Assembly (NCBI RefSeq): GCF_006345805.1
Contig: NC_043018.1
Coordinates: 19,158,001 to 19,222,000 of the forward strand
Direction of reading: 5' to 3'
DNA from: Octopus sinensis
Lineage: Eukaryota
Length of the DNA: 64,000 bases
The translations under genes were made by a program, and so were the position numbers. Every line of letters begins with the position of its first letter. Position 1 is the first letter of the stretch. Under the pieces are notes generated by a model. It had not been told where the DNA came from. It saw only the letters and a list, made by a program, of their open reading frames with translations, and searched no databases. Of this stretch, positions 39,601 through 52,252 are shown piece by piece.

Positions 39601-41017
39601 GATGAGAGAATTAATTAAAAAGCCACAACAAGCACCTGCTTCGCCTTCCGACGGAACACTTAATTACTAGTAATGCGGTGTAAATTAAATTTGTCCCTAC
39701 TAAAATAAAGGATTTATTTGTTCCAGCTGATGAAAGATTTTCGGATCTTTTCCCTTTGAACGGCAGATCGAGAAATTAATTTTTTTGTAACTAAACACTT
39801 TCAAACACTCGGACACTGGTAGACTGTGTCATATAAAAAAGCGGCGAACTGGCAGAAACGTTAGCACGCCGGGCGAACTGCGTAGCCGTATTTCGTCTGC
39901 CGTTACGTTCTGAGTTCAAATTCCGCCGAGGTTGACTTTGCCTTTCATCCTTTCGGGATCGATGAATTAAGTACCAGTTACGCACTGGTGTCGATGTAAT
40001 CGACTTAATCCGTTTGTCTGTCCTTGTTTGTCCCCTCGGTGTTTAGCCCCTTGTGGGTAGTAAAGAAATAGGTATTTCGTCTGCCGCTACGTTCTGAGAT
40101 CAAATCCCGCCGAAGTCAACTTTGCCTTTCATCCTTTCGGGGTCGATTAAATAAGTACCTGTTACGCACTGGTGTCGATGTAATCGACTTAATCCGTTTG
40201 TCTGTTCTTGTTTGTCCCCTCTGTGTGCAGCCCCTTGTACGTAGTAAAGAAATAAGAATGTGTCTTATAAAACATCTTTTACTCTTAGTGTTACTCTCTT
40301 TTACTCTTTTACTTGTTTCAGTCATTTGACTGTAGCCATGCTGGAGCACCGCCTTTAGTCGAGCAAATCGACCCCGGGACTTATTCTTTGTAAGCCCAGT
40401 ACTTATTCTATCTGTCTTTTTTGCCGAACCGCTAAGTTACGGGGACGTAAACACACCAGCATCGGTTGTCAAGCAATGCTAGGGGGACAAACACAGATAC
40501 ACAAACATATACACACACACTTATATATATATACATATATACGACAGGCTTTTTTCAGTTTCCGTCTACCAAATCCACTCACAAGGCATTGGTCGGCCCG
40601 GGGCTATAGCAGAAGACACTTGCCCAAGGTGCCACGCAGTGGGAGTGAACCCGGAACCATGTGGCTGGTTAGCAAGCTACTTCCCACACAGCCACTCCTG
40701 CGCCTATGTGTTGTTGATAAAAGTTTATATTTCCAAAGTTATTTCGTGTTAAAGTTGTCTTATTTCGGTAATTTCAACCAATCAATGACGTGTATTCAGC
40801 TGAATAAAATTACTGCTGTTGTTTGTCAACAACAACAACTATCGGCGGTGTATATTTCGTTTTAGTTACAGAAAATTAATTCCTCGATTTGCCGTTCAAA
40901 GGGAAAAGATCCAGATTTTCGACTCTTCTACGTAGTGATATCCTATCATATTTGTATTTAGTAAACGGAAAGACGCCTAAATACCGTGGTATATTTCTCC
41001 GTATTAACCCTTTACAG

Positions 41018-41193
41018 CAGTGTTTCCCAACCTTTTTTCCCGGCGCCCCACTTTTTCATAGCAAAAGTTTTTACGCCCCACCTTTTCCCAAGTCCACTCG
41101 ATGACCGCTCGTCATGTACAAATATTTTCACAGCCCACGTCTATGCCCCGCGCCCCACCTGAATTTTCTCAGGCCCCACCTTGGGAACCACTG
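41018..41193. mobile_element. hAT-type MITE
   Basis: TIR CAGTGTTTCCCAA / TTGGGAACCACTG; 8-bp TSD ctttacag at 41010-41017 and 41194-41201. Confidence 0.88.
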
Positions 41194-42300
41194 CTTTACA
41201 GTCTTATAATGACACCCAAACATAGGATCTTTTCGGTTTGAACGGCAGTTTTTTCTAGCGGTGTCATATGAAATTGTCACCCATAATTAGGACCCTAGTA
41301 TCGATCTATTGCATTTCAATCTGTTTTAGGGTAAGGTTAGAGTTAGGGTTGGGGTTAGGGTTAGGGGTGGGAGGAGGAGTATCAATTTTTCTTCAGAAAT
41401 GTAAATAAACCCAATCTGTTTCTTAAACATGTTCATACGACACGGAATGTTTTCACCTCAATAGACGTCATTGATTGGTTGAAATTTCAGAAATTGAAGA
41501 AAAAAACAACAACAAATATCTTACAAACTGTAGAATTTTCTCAATAAAGCCAAGAGAAAAAGATGTTTTATAAACACATTCTACCAGTATACGAAGTTTA
41601 AAAGTGTTTCATTACGTGGAAATTATTTAAAAAAACTGCCCCCCCCCCCCACGTAACCCTCAATACCTCTACCAACGGGTATTCTATTTCATCAGTCGCT
41701 AAACACAAACGGTAAAACTGACGGCAAGCCTTCGGTATTGGTATACAACGCCATTCCTGCTAATTGACAGATGCAGAGGCTGGGCTGAAGAAAACGGTTA
41801 AATGATGTCGTCTCCCCACACCAACGCTCTGTAGACCAATACCGAAGGAACACCAAATTGACCCTGGCAAAATTTGAACTCAGAACGTAAGCTTCTGTCT
41901 GTTAGTAAATGCTGGAGATGTTTTGACAGACACTCAACTGATTGTACCAACCCATAGCCTTCTTATTAGATAGAGGTTTTGATGGTGATGGTGGTGGTGA
42001 AAGTTGTATTGTTTTTAGTAGTGGTGGTGGTGGTGGTGGGGTAGCCGCAGTAGTAGTTGTACTGGTAGTTGTAGTAGTAGTAGCAGTAATGTTAGTAGTC
42101 GTAGTAATAAGAATGATGGTGGTGGTGGTGGTGGTGGTTGAGGTGGTGATGAGAACAGGGTTGTTGTTTGCGCTCTCGTCGGATGTTAGTAGTAGTAGTA
42201 GTAGTAGTAACAGCAGCAGCAGCAGCAGTAGTATTAGTTGTAGTAGTAGTAGAGTAGTAGTAGTAGTAGTAGCAGCAGCAGTAGTAGTAGTAGTAGTAGT

Positions 42301-42332
<32 letters not shown>

Positions 42333-42418
42333 TAGTGGTAGTAGCAACAGCAGTAGTAGTATTAGTTGTGCAGCAGTTTCACATTTACAAAGTCGATATC
42401 CACCCCCCACCCAGACGA

Positions 42419-42481
42419 ACACCCGATTGTATAGTACGTACACCCGATTGTATAGTACGTACACCCGATTGTATAGTACGT
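42419..42481. repeat. 21-bp tandem repeat x3 upstream of FAHD2
   Basis: acacccgattgtatagtacgt repeated exactly three times. Confidence 0.9.
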
Positions 42482-42870
42482 ATACACGCACAAGCCGTAC
42501 ACCTCGCTCCGTATATATATTTCTTTACTACCCACAAGGGGCTAAACACAGAGAGGACAAACAAGGACAGACAAAGGGATTAAGTCGATAACATCGACCC
42601 CAGTGCGCAACTGGTACTTAATTTATCGACCTCGAAAGGATGAAAGGCAAAGTCGACCTCGGCGGAATTTGAACTCAGAACGTAACGGCAGACAAAATAC
42701 GGTTACGCATTTCGCCCGGCGTGCTCGCTCCGTATATAATAAACACACAGACACACAGACACACACTTATTCAATGTGAAACGGTAAAAAAAAACTATTG
42801 TGACCGGTCAATGTGCTTATTGTTGTAAAAACAAGCAGGACTAGGCTGTTATTTCTAGCAATTAAAAGCA

Positions 42871-43262
42871 ATGATACGAGTGTCCTCGCTACTATCGTTA
42901 CCATCTTTAGTAGTGATTCCCAGGTTCACCACCACCACCACCACCACCACCACACTGATAACCTTTGGTCGTCGTCGTCGTCATCGTAATCGTGGTGGCA
43001 ATTATTGTTTATTTCGAAGCGACAGCGACAGGCACGGGTCTCTCCTCTTTTCTCTCTTCTGTTCTTCGGCCACATCTGGAACGATGAAGTTTGTGCAGTT
43101 CGAAAGACGGTGCAACGGTAATAAAAAGAAAGCACTTGGTGTTGAAACGGTGCACAATGGTAAACATGTGATTGTCGATTTAAATTTAGCAGATCCGTCC
43201 ATTCCGATGGACATGAGAACATTTCTTGACGATAACCACAACAACTTAATTAAAGCATTAAA
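42871..43262 (+). CDS. FAHD2: FAHD2 (fumarylacetoacetate hydrolase domain-containing 2) exon 1; ATG at 42871 (with presequence) or 43084
   Basis: MKFVQF...LGVET...VDLNLADPSIPMDMRTFLDD matches FAHD2A MRLVQF...LGLET...INLNAFDPTLPKTMTQFLEQ. Donor AA|gtaagt at 43263 is phase 2, compatible with exon 2. Confidence 0.88.
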
Positions 43263-43517
43263 GTAAGTCTTTAAAATCATTATTATCATTTTTTCCCTTT
43301 TTTAGCTATTATTAATATTAAACATTTTAAATTTTTTTGCCAATTAATGCCTTTATTAAACCTAACTTTTTGAGAGTTGTGTCAAAAAACAAACACGATC
43401 TTGGTTGTGGGATGTTCAGTCGGGCTTTTGTTTTATTGTAAAGTGAATGTATTTTTGTAGAAACTGGGCGGGCTGAAGATGCTTTATATATATATATATT
43501 ATATATATATATATATC

Positions 43518-43554
<37 letters not shown>

Positions 43555-43701
43555 GGAGAGAGAGAGAAAAAGATATATATATATGTATATATATAATCTT
43601 TTTACTATATATATAACATATATATATAATCTTTTGTATATGTATAATATATATATATATATGTATATATATATATTATATATATATATGTATATATATA
43701 G

Positions 43702-43744
<43 letters not shown>

Positions 43745-43761
43745 ATATATATATTGTATAT

Positions 43762-43792
<31 letters not shown>

Positions 43793-44005
43793 TTTTTTCT
43801 CTTTTTACTTGTTTCCGTCAGTCATTTTGACTGCGGCCATGCTGGAGCACCGCCTTTAATCGAGCAACTCGACCCCGGGACTTATTCTTTGTAAGCCCAG
43901 TACTTATTCTATCGGTCTTTTTTGCCGAACCGCTGAGTTACGGGGACGTAAACACACCAGCATCGGTTGTCAAGCAATGCTAGGGGGACAAACACCGACA
44001 CACAA

Positions 44006-44049
<44 letters not shown>

Positions 44050-44212
44050 GACGGGCTTCTTTCAGTTTCCGTCGACCAAACCCACTCACAAGGCATTGGT
44101 GGGCCCGAGGCTATAACAGAAGACACTCGCCCAAGGTGCCACGCAGTGGGACTGAACCCGGAACCATGTGGTTTGTAAACAAGCTACTTACCACACAGCC
44201 ACTCCCCGCGCC

Positions 44213-44298
<86 letters not shown>

Positions 44299-44934
44299 AT
44301 ATATATATTACTTGTTTCACTCATTAGACTACGGTCATGCTGGGGCACCGCCTAGAAGAATTTTAGTCGAACGAATCGATTTCCCCACTGTCAGCCTCCA
44401 CTTATTCTATCGCCTTCTTTTGCCGGAACACTAAGTTACTTTCCTTTACTGCCCACAAGGGGTTAAACATAGAAGGGACAAACAAGGACAGACAAACGGA
44501 TTAAGTCGATTACATCGACCCAGTTTGTAACTGGTACTTTAATTTATCGACCCCGAAAGGATGAAGGCAAAGTCGACCTCGGCGGAATTGGAACTCAAAC
44601 GTAACAGCAGACGAAATACGGCTGCGCATTTCGCCCGGCGTGCTAACGTTTCAGCCAACTCGGACGCCTTTTTTTAACATATCAATACCGGTTATCAAGC
44701 GGTGGTGGAATACACATATACACACGGGTTTCTTTCAGTTTCCGTCCACCAAATCCCTTTTGCTTGACCGAGGGGCAACACAGTGACGCCTGCGTCTATA
44801 CATCCATCAACACACCACACACACACACACCTTGTCTTCTATTTTTGGTTTCAGTCATTGGGACACTCTCATGCTGGGGCACTGTGGTGAAGGGCTTAAT
44901 TTAACAATGCCTGGTACTTATTCTATCGATCTCT

Positions 44935-45271
44935 TTTGCCGAACAGCTTATTTACAGGGACTTAGGGATTTAAACAAAACAACACCAGTTATCAAGCAGG
45001 GACAAACACACACACACACACACACGTAAACATAGATTGTATGTATGTGTGTATGTATGTATGTATGTATGTATGTATGTACATACGATGGGCTTCTTCC
45101 AGTTTCCATCTACCAGATCCACTCACAAGGCTTTGGTCGGCACGAGGCTATAGAAGAAGACACTTGCCCATGGTTCCACGTCATGGGATCGAACCCGGAA
45201 CCATGTGGTTGGGAAGCAAACTTCTTACCACACAGCCAATCCTGCGCCCACACAGCCAAATATGCAAGCAG

Positions 45272-45307
<36 letters not shown>

Positions 45308-46135
45308 ACGCACACACACACACACACGCACGCACGCACGCACATACACGCAGGCACAAGCCACTTTACGCTGCGTGCTGGGTGCTTTTAACCTAACACT
45401 GTCACGAGCGCATTTTATGGGACACTGGCTCTGTGCGTGTGCGTGCGTGTGTGTGCGTGTGTGTGTGTGTGTGTCTGCTTGCATATTTGGCTGTGTGGGC
45501 GCAGGATTGGCTGTGCGGTAAGAAGTTTGCTTCCCAACCACATGGTTCCGGGTTCGGTCCCATGACGTGGAACCATGGGCAAGTGTCTTCTTCAATAGCC
45601 TCATGCCGACCAAAGCCTTGTGAGTGGATCTGGTAGATGGAAACTGGAAGAAGCCCATCGTATGTACATACATACACACATACATACATACATACATACA
45701 TACATACACACATACATACATACATACATTCATACATACATACATACATACATACACACATACATACATACATACATACATACAAGTATACATGCATACA
45801 TACATACATACACACATACATACATACACACATAAATACATACATACACACATACATACATACACCATACATACATGCATACATACATAATACATACACA
45901 ACATACATACAATACATACATACATACATACATACTACATACTACATACATACATACATACATACATACATACATACATACATACATACATACATACATT
46001 CATACATACATGCATACATACACACATACATACAATCTATGTTTACGTGTGTGTGTGTGTGTGTGTGTGAGTCCCTGCTTGATAACCGGTGTTGTTTTGT
46101 TTAAATCCCTAAGTCCTTGTAAATAAGCTATTCGG
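44935..46135. repeat. Inverted duplication (SINE + unique flank + microsatellites) with ~70-bp spacer
   Basis: 45060-45360 is the reverse complement of 45430-45670, and 44935-45045 of 46020-46135. Confidence 0.85.
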
Positions 46136-46139
46136 CGCG

Positions 46140-46325
46140 GGAGTGGCCTTAACACTTCTGCTGTGGTGGACGGGTCTTTTCGAGCACAGCAAGGTGTAAG
46201 GTATCTCAGCCCTTTGTCATCTCGTCCCAAAGGGTCATCCTACTGAGGTCCTTCTTTAGTGCTTCGTCCCACGTCTTCCTGGCTCTCCCTCTTTCACGAG
46301 TTGCATCCATTTTGAGTGAACGGAA
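46140..46325 (-). mobile_element. RTE-clade LINE 3' fragment
   Basis: Reverse strand resembles GRPRKTWDE..KKDL..LWDEMTK..RYAVLEKTRPPQQKC. Confidence 0.55.
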
Positions 46326-46874
46326 CGCATAAAGCAGAGCAATAATTTCCCACAATAACAATGTTATAAATCGTTATACGTTCCCCCCAAAATATTTTAC
46401 CTATAAAATTTATGATAGGCGCAAGAGTGGCTGTGTGGTGAGTAGCTTGCTTACCAACCACATGGTTCCGGGTTCAGTCCCACTGCGTGGCATCTTGGGC
46501 GAGTGTCTTCTACTATAGCCTCGGGCTGACCTAAGACTTGTGAGTGGATTTGGTAGACGGAAACTGAAAGAAGCCCGTCGTATATATGTATATATTGCGT
46601 TTGGGTGTTTTGTGTGTCTGTGTTTGTCCCCCTAGCATTGCTTGACACCGATGCTGGGGTGTTTACGTCCCGTAACTTAGCGGTTCGGCAAAAGAGACCG
46701 ATAGAATAGTACTGAGCTTAAAAAGAATAAGTCGGGGTCGATTTGGTCTCGACTAAAGGCGGTGCTCCATCATGGCCGCAGTCAAATGACTGAAAAAGTA
46801 AAAGAGCAAAGAGAGTAACACTAAGAGTAAAAGATGTTTTATAAGACACATTCTTATTTCTTTACTACATACAA

Positions 46875-47770
46875 TGCTGGTGTGTTTATATAAAGAGGAA
46901 TGATGACACCTTGTCCTCTGGACCGGAAGGTTCTTAGGATCCAGAAACTCATCTTACGAGCTATATCGACCTTATTGTTGATGTGGGCATTCCAGCTGAG
47001 ATTGTTGTCAAAAATTACTCTTATGTCTCTGATATTATTTGATGCTGTGAGTGATTCCCCTGAAAGAAGGGAATATGGATTGTTTTAGCATAGTCTTTTT
47101 CCCAAAATGCATCAGCTCAAATTTTCTCTCATTTAGTCGTATTTTGTTTTTGTCTGTCCATTGACTTACAGCAGATAGATCAGACTGGAGTCCAGTTTGG
47201 TCTTCTCCGATAATAATTTTCTGGAAAATTTTCGCCGAATATTTTCACTTTGCGTTGTTTGATGATTCTTGAAATATCGTTTATACAGACTGTAAAGAGA
47301 AGCGGACCCAAGACAGTCCCCAGAGAGACACCACTGGTGACTTTTGCTGGGCTTGAGTGGATTCAACCGATCAAAACATGATGTGTTCTGTTCTCCAGGA
47401 AATACTCAATCCAGTGCAGTAGTTTTTCCACGGATTCCAACATTTGACAACTTTGACAGTTGGATATTATGGTCGACTCTGTCGAACGCTTTAATGAAGT
47501 CAAGATATATGATATATATGAGTTCGAACCTGACCCCAAGGCTTTAAGGATATCATCGATATGGTGTAAGAGCTGTGTTAGACAGTCCCTGCAGCAGCGA
47601 AAGCCATGATGGTTTGAATTTAGGAGATTGTGGCTCTCCGGGATCCTTGATCTCACCATCCTTTCAAACATTTTAATGATATGGGGAGGGTTGAGATTGG
47701 GCGATAGTTGACTGTGAGGGATCTGTTTCCCTGTTTGAAGACTAGAATGACAGACTGGGGTAAGAGGTGT
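46875..47770 (-). mobile_element. CR1-clade LINE reverse transcriptase fragment
   Basis: NYRPIS, HHGFR..CLTQLL, YLDFIKAFDRVDH, SGVPLGTVLGPLLF, FDNNLSWNAHI; frameshifted. Confidence 0.88.
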
Positions 47771-47774
47771 TTCG

Positions 47775-48170
47775 GTATGTATGTATGTATGTATGCATGT
47801 ATGTATGTATGTATGTATGCATGCATGCATGCATGTATGTATGTATGTATATGTATGTATGTATGTATGTATGTATGCATGTATGTACGTATGTATGTAT
47901 ACATGAATGTATGTATGTATGTATGTATGTATGTATGTATGCATGTATGTATGTATGTATGTATGCATGCATGTACGTATGTATGCATGTATGTATGTAT
48001 GTATGTATGCATACATGTACGTATGTATGTATGTATGTATGTATGTATGTATGTATGTATGTATGTATGCATGCATGTACGTATGTATGCATGTATGTAT
48101 GCATGTATGTATGTATGTATGTATGCATGTATGTATGTATGTATGTATGTATGCATGTACGTACGTACGT
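47775..48170. repeat. Long microsatellite (TATG)n; others include (CTAT)n 4600-4750, (GTA/GCA/GGT)n 41985-42365, (TA)n 43480-43790, (CATA)n 45660-46030
   Basis: Direct inspection. Confidence 0.95.
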
Positions 48171-48269
48171 ACACGCACATTTTTGTATGTATATTATATG
48201 TACCCGTGACTCGCTGGGTCACAACAAGTCAACTCCAAGTTGAAAATGTCAAAGCAAAGGAAAAAAAAA

Positions 48270-49065
48270 TACTATTTCGTATTTGATGGAATAAAATTCT
48301 TAAATAATACAGTTCTACCTTTGGTTTGACAACATAAACATGACCGAATGTTTCTTCTTTGAAAACCGTTCAAATGGCCTTCAACTTTTTCTTCCTCGGT
48401 TGCTTCTTTGCCATTCTTTGTTCCTACCATTCCAAGTGAAAGACATGGGGTACTTCAGCACAAAGTAATGTTTCTGCAAATTCATGTTAGTTAGTTAGTT
48501 AATTTGGCTCAAAAGCAAATAGCAAGGCCATGTAGGGGGACATGGAGTTAAGTACAGGGTGGTGTTCATGTAAAGAGTTCAGGCCACTTGAGGTCAAGGG
48601 AGGCTTTGAACAAAGCGGTCGTCGGCATCTTCACCATCTCCTCTGGCAGCTTGTTCCACGGATCCGCAACCTGGACGGAGAAAGCTCCTCTCCTTCGATT
48701 TAGATGAAATCGTCGCAGGTAAAGCTTTTCGGAATGACCCCGCAGCTGACGCTCTGGAGCAGGAGTGAAGAACAGCTCTTTCGAGAGGTTACACTTACCG
48801 CTTATGATGTTGTGGGCGAGAATGAGATCACCACGGCGGCGGCGTTTTTCATCATTGACACGCAATGAAAAGAATTTCGTCAATTTCGTCTCAGGAGTGA
48901 CTGTGTGGTAAGTAGCTTGCTTGTGAACTACATGGTTCCGGGTTCAGTCCCACTGCGTGGCATCTTGGGCAAGTGTCTTCTACTATAGCCTCGGGCCGAC
49001 CAAAGCCTTGTGAGTGGATTTGGTAGAGAAACTGAAAGAAACCTGTTCGTATGTATGTATGTATG

Positions 49066-49107
<42 letters not shown>

Positions 49108-49720
49108 TAATATATATCTATATGTATGTATGTCTGTGTGATTGTGTGTCTGTGTTTGTCCCCCTAGCATTGCTTGACACCGATGCTGGTGTGTTTACGT
49201 CCCCGTCACTTAGCGGTTCGGCAAAAAGAGACCGATAGAATAAGTACTGGCTTACAAAGAATAAGTCCCGGGTCGATTTGCTCGACTACAGGCGGTGCTC
49301 CAGCATGGTCCGCAGTCAAATGACTGAAACAACAAGTAAAAGAGTAAAAAGTAAGTAAAGTTATGTCTTTCACTGACACCCATATTTATCCTCATCATTT
49401 CTGAGCAATATTCGTTTCATCACTTGAAGATGAACTTTCTGTTTCATTATTGCAGTTGCTCTTTCAGGAAGTGACAATCCTAAAATAGCTGTAACTGCTT
49501 CGGCTGGTCCAATGTACCAACTGATTAGATATTGGACTAATTTCGTAATCATAGTTTATTTAAACAACAGCTTGGTCATTTCTTTCAGTGTGTACTTGAT
49601 GGCATATTTAGCTGACCTCACTAGGCATCGATTTCAACGTTACAGCGACGGATGTCCTTAAAAGAGTTTATCATTATAAGGCAAACTTATTAGTACACCT
49701 GAACTAAAGATATAAACTAA
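48270..49720 (-). mobile_element. Decayed Helitron RepHel fragment interrupted by a CR1 3' end and a SINE (part duplicated at ~50770-51130)
   Basis: Collinear motifs NVEI..SAKYAIKY..KGNDQAV, YLISWYIGPAEAVTAILGLSLPER..KVHL, FAETLLCAEVP..TWNGRNKEWQR..TFGHVYVVKPKVELYYLRIL. Confidence 0.7.
48486..48885 (-). mobile_element. 5'-truncated CR1-clade LINE 3' end
   Basis: RRRRGDLILAHNII..LRGHSEKL..FSVQVADPWNKLP followed by a (TAAC)n tail. Confidence 0.85.
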
Positions 49721-50447
49721 ATGTATAGAGAAAAAAAGGAGTACAGATTACACCAGTGTGCCATGGAATACCTATTCCTTTACTACCCACAAGGGGCCAA
49801 ACACAGAGGGGACAAACAGAACAGACAAACGGATTAAATCGATTATCGATTATCTCGACCCCAGTGCGTAACTGGTACTTAATTTATCGACCCCGAAAGG
49901 ATGAAAGGCAAAGTCGACCTCGTCGGCGGATTTGAACTCAGAACGTAACGGCAGACGAATTACCGCTAAGCACTTCGCCCAGCGTGCTAACGTTTCTGCC
50001 AGCTCGCCGCCTTGAATCCTATTTCTTTTATTACCCACAAGGGGCTGAACATAGAGGGGGACAAACATGGACAGACATAGGTATTAAGTCGATTATATCG
50101 ACCCCAGTGCTTAACTGGTACTTAATTTATCGACCCCAAAAGGATGAAAGGCAAAGTCGACCTCGGCGGAATTTGAACTCAGAACGTAACGGCAGACGAA
50201 TTACCGGTAAGCACTTCGCCCAGCGTGCTAACGTTTTTGCCAGCTTGCCGCCTTGAATACCAGTTGCGGAGCACTGTTATAAGGTACAATCCAATTGTTG
50301 ATTGTTTTTCCAGCCTTATGAGATTCCACTCCTCCCATTGCAAGGGGTCTTCGTCTATAAGAGACAACCGCTGTCTGCTTTTCTGCTTTTTGGTTAGGGT
50401 TTCTGATAATATTTCCACTTTAAAAATTAGAGTGTTCATTTCTATTT

Positions 50448-50497
<50 letters not shown>

Positions 50498-51859
50498 TAT
50501 ATTATATATGTATATTATATATTATATATATATATATGTATGTGTGTGGTGTTTGTGTGTCTGTGTTTGTCCCCCTAGCATTGCTTGACAACCGATGCTG
50601 GTGTGTTTACGTCCCCGTCACTTAGCGGTTCGGCAAAAAGAGACCGATAGAATAAGTACTGGGCTTACAAAAGAATAAGTCCCGAGGTCGATTTGCTCGA
50701 CTACAGGCGGTGCTCCAGCATGGCCGCAGTCAAATGACTGAAACAAGTAAAAGAGTAAAAAGTAAGTAAAGTATATGTCTTTCACTGACACCCATATTTA
50801 TCCTCATCATTTCTGAGCAATATTCTTCGTTCATCTGGAAGATGAACTTTCTGTTTCATTATTGCAGTTGCTCTTTCAGGAAGTGACAATCCTAAAATAG
50901 CTGTAACTGCTTCGGCTGGTCCAATGTACCAACCGATTAGATATTGACTAATTTCGTAATCATAGTTTATTTAAACAACAGCTTGGTCATTTCTTTTCAG
51001 TGTGTACTTGATGGCATATTTAGCTGACCTCACTAAGGCATCGATTTCAACGTTACAGTGACGGATGTCCTTAAAAGAGTTTCATTATAAGGCAAAATTC
51101 AGCAGTACACCTGAACTAAAGATATAAACTAAATGTATAGAGAAAAAAAGGATGTTCAGATTACACCAGTGTGCCATGGAATACCTATTTCTTTACTACC
51201 CACAAGGGGCCAAACACAGAGGGGACAAACAAGAACAGACAAACGGATTAAATCGATTATCGATTATATCGACCCCAGTGCGTAACTGGTACTTAATTTA
51301 TCGACCCCGAAAGGATGAAAGGCAAAGTCGACCTCGGCGGAATTTGAACTCAGAACGTAACGGCAGACGAATTACCGCTAAGCACTTCGCCCAGCGTGCT
51401 AACGTTTCTGCCAGCTCGCCGCCTTGAATACCTATTTCTTTATTACCCACAAGGGGCTGAACATAGAGGGGGACAAACATGGACAGACATAGGTATTAAG
51501 TCGATTATATCGACCCCAGTGCTTAACTGGTACTTAATTTATCGACCCCAAAAGGATGAAAGGCAAAGTCGACCTCGGCGGAATTTGAACTCAGAACGTA
51601 ACGGCAGACGAATTACCGGTAAGCACTTCGCCCAGCGTGCTAACGTTTTTGCCAGCTTGCCGCCTTGAATACCAGTTGCGGAGCACTGTTATAAGGTACA
51701 ATCCAATTGTTGATTGTTTTTCCAGCCTTATGAGATTCCACTCCTCCCATTGCAAGGGGTCTTCGTCTATAAAGAGACAACCGATGTCTGCTTTTCTGCT
51801 TTTTGGTTAGGGTTTCTGATAATATTTCCACTTTAAAAATTAGATGTTCATTTCTATTT

Positions 51860-51870
<11 letters not shown>
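49120..51870. repeat. ~1.4-kb tandem duplication
   Basis: 49120-50460 recurs at ~50530-51870 (ORF offset 1412), differing mainly by small indels. Confidence 0.9.
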
Positions 51871-51904
<34 letters not shown>

Positions 51905-51937
51905 TGAAAGAATGGAGTCGAACGACGATTTAACAAA

Positions 51938-52037
51938 ATTCCTTTATTCTCGACATATGTTTCGAAGACTGCATATTCTTAATTCCGAAGGAATAAAGGG
52001 TGCATTATGCCGCCTTCTCATCAGGAAAGACAAGGAA
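51938..52037 (-). ncRNA. Type I hammerhead ribozyme (family B, second copy)
   Basis: Reverse complement reads CUGAUGA-GAAGGCGGCAUA...UAUGCAGUCUUC-GAAA-CAUAUG-UC-GAGAAUAAAGGAA; core intact. Confidence 0.8.
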
Positions 52038-52252
52038 CTTATGTCAGCATCATGACGAACAAAAACTTTTAGATGACTGCCCACACGGAGTCCATAGTGA
52101 TAATGTATATATATATATATACAATTGCAACATGGAAGATATGTGTAAGCCATTCAAGAACACACAAAAACCGTTAGTTTCACTTCAACATTTAATTTTC
52201 ATTTGTGTCAAAATATTTTTTGTTGCTCTCTCTCTCTCTATATATATATATA

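Noticed and set aside
39727-39752. CUGAUGA followed by a hairpin upstream of the pseudo-caspase
   Set aside because: No GAAA after the stem and no stem I/III, so not a hammerhead. The same applies to CUGANGA hits near 11073, 23037(-) and 41686(-).
41942-42583. 213-aa Val/Ser-rich ORF
   Set aside because: Trinucleotide microsatellite run ending in a SINE.
45110-48286. Long MYVC/HTYI ORFs
   Set aside because: Stop-free frames of (TATG)n/(CATA)n microsatellites.
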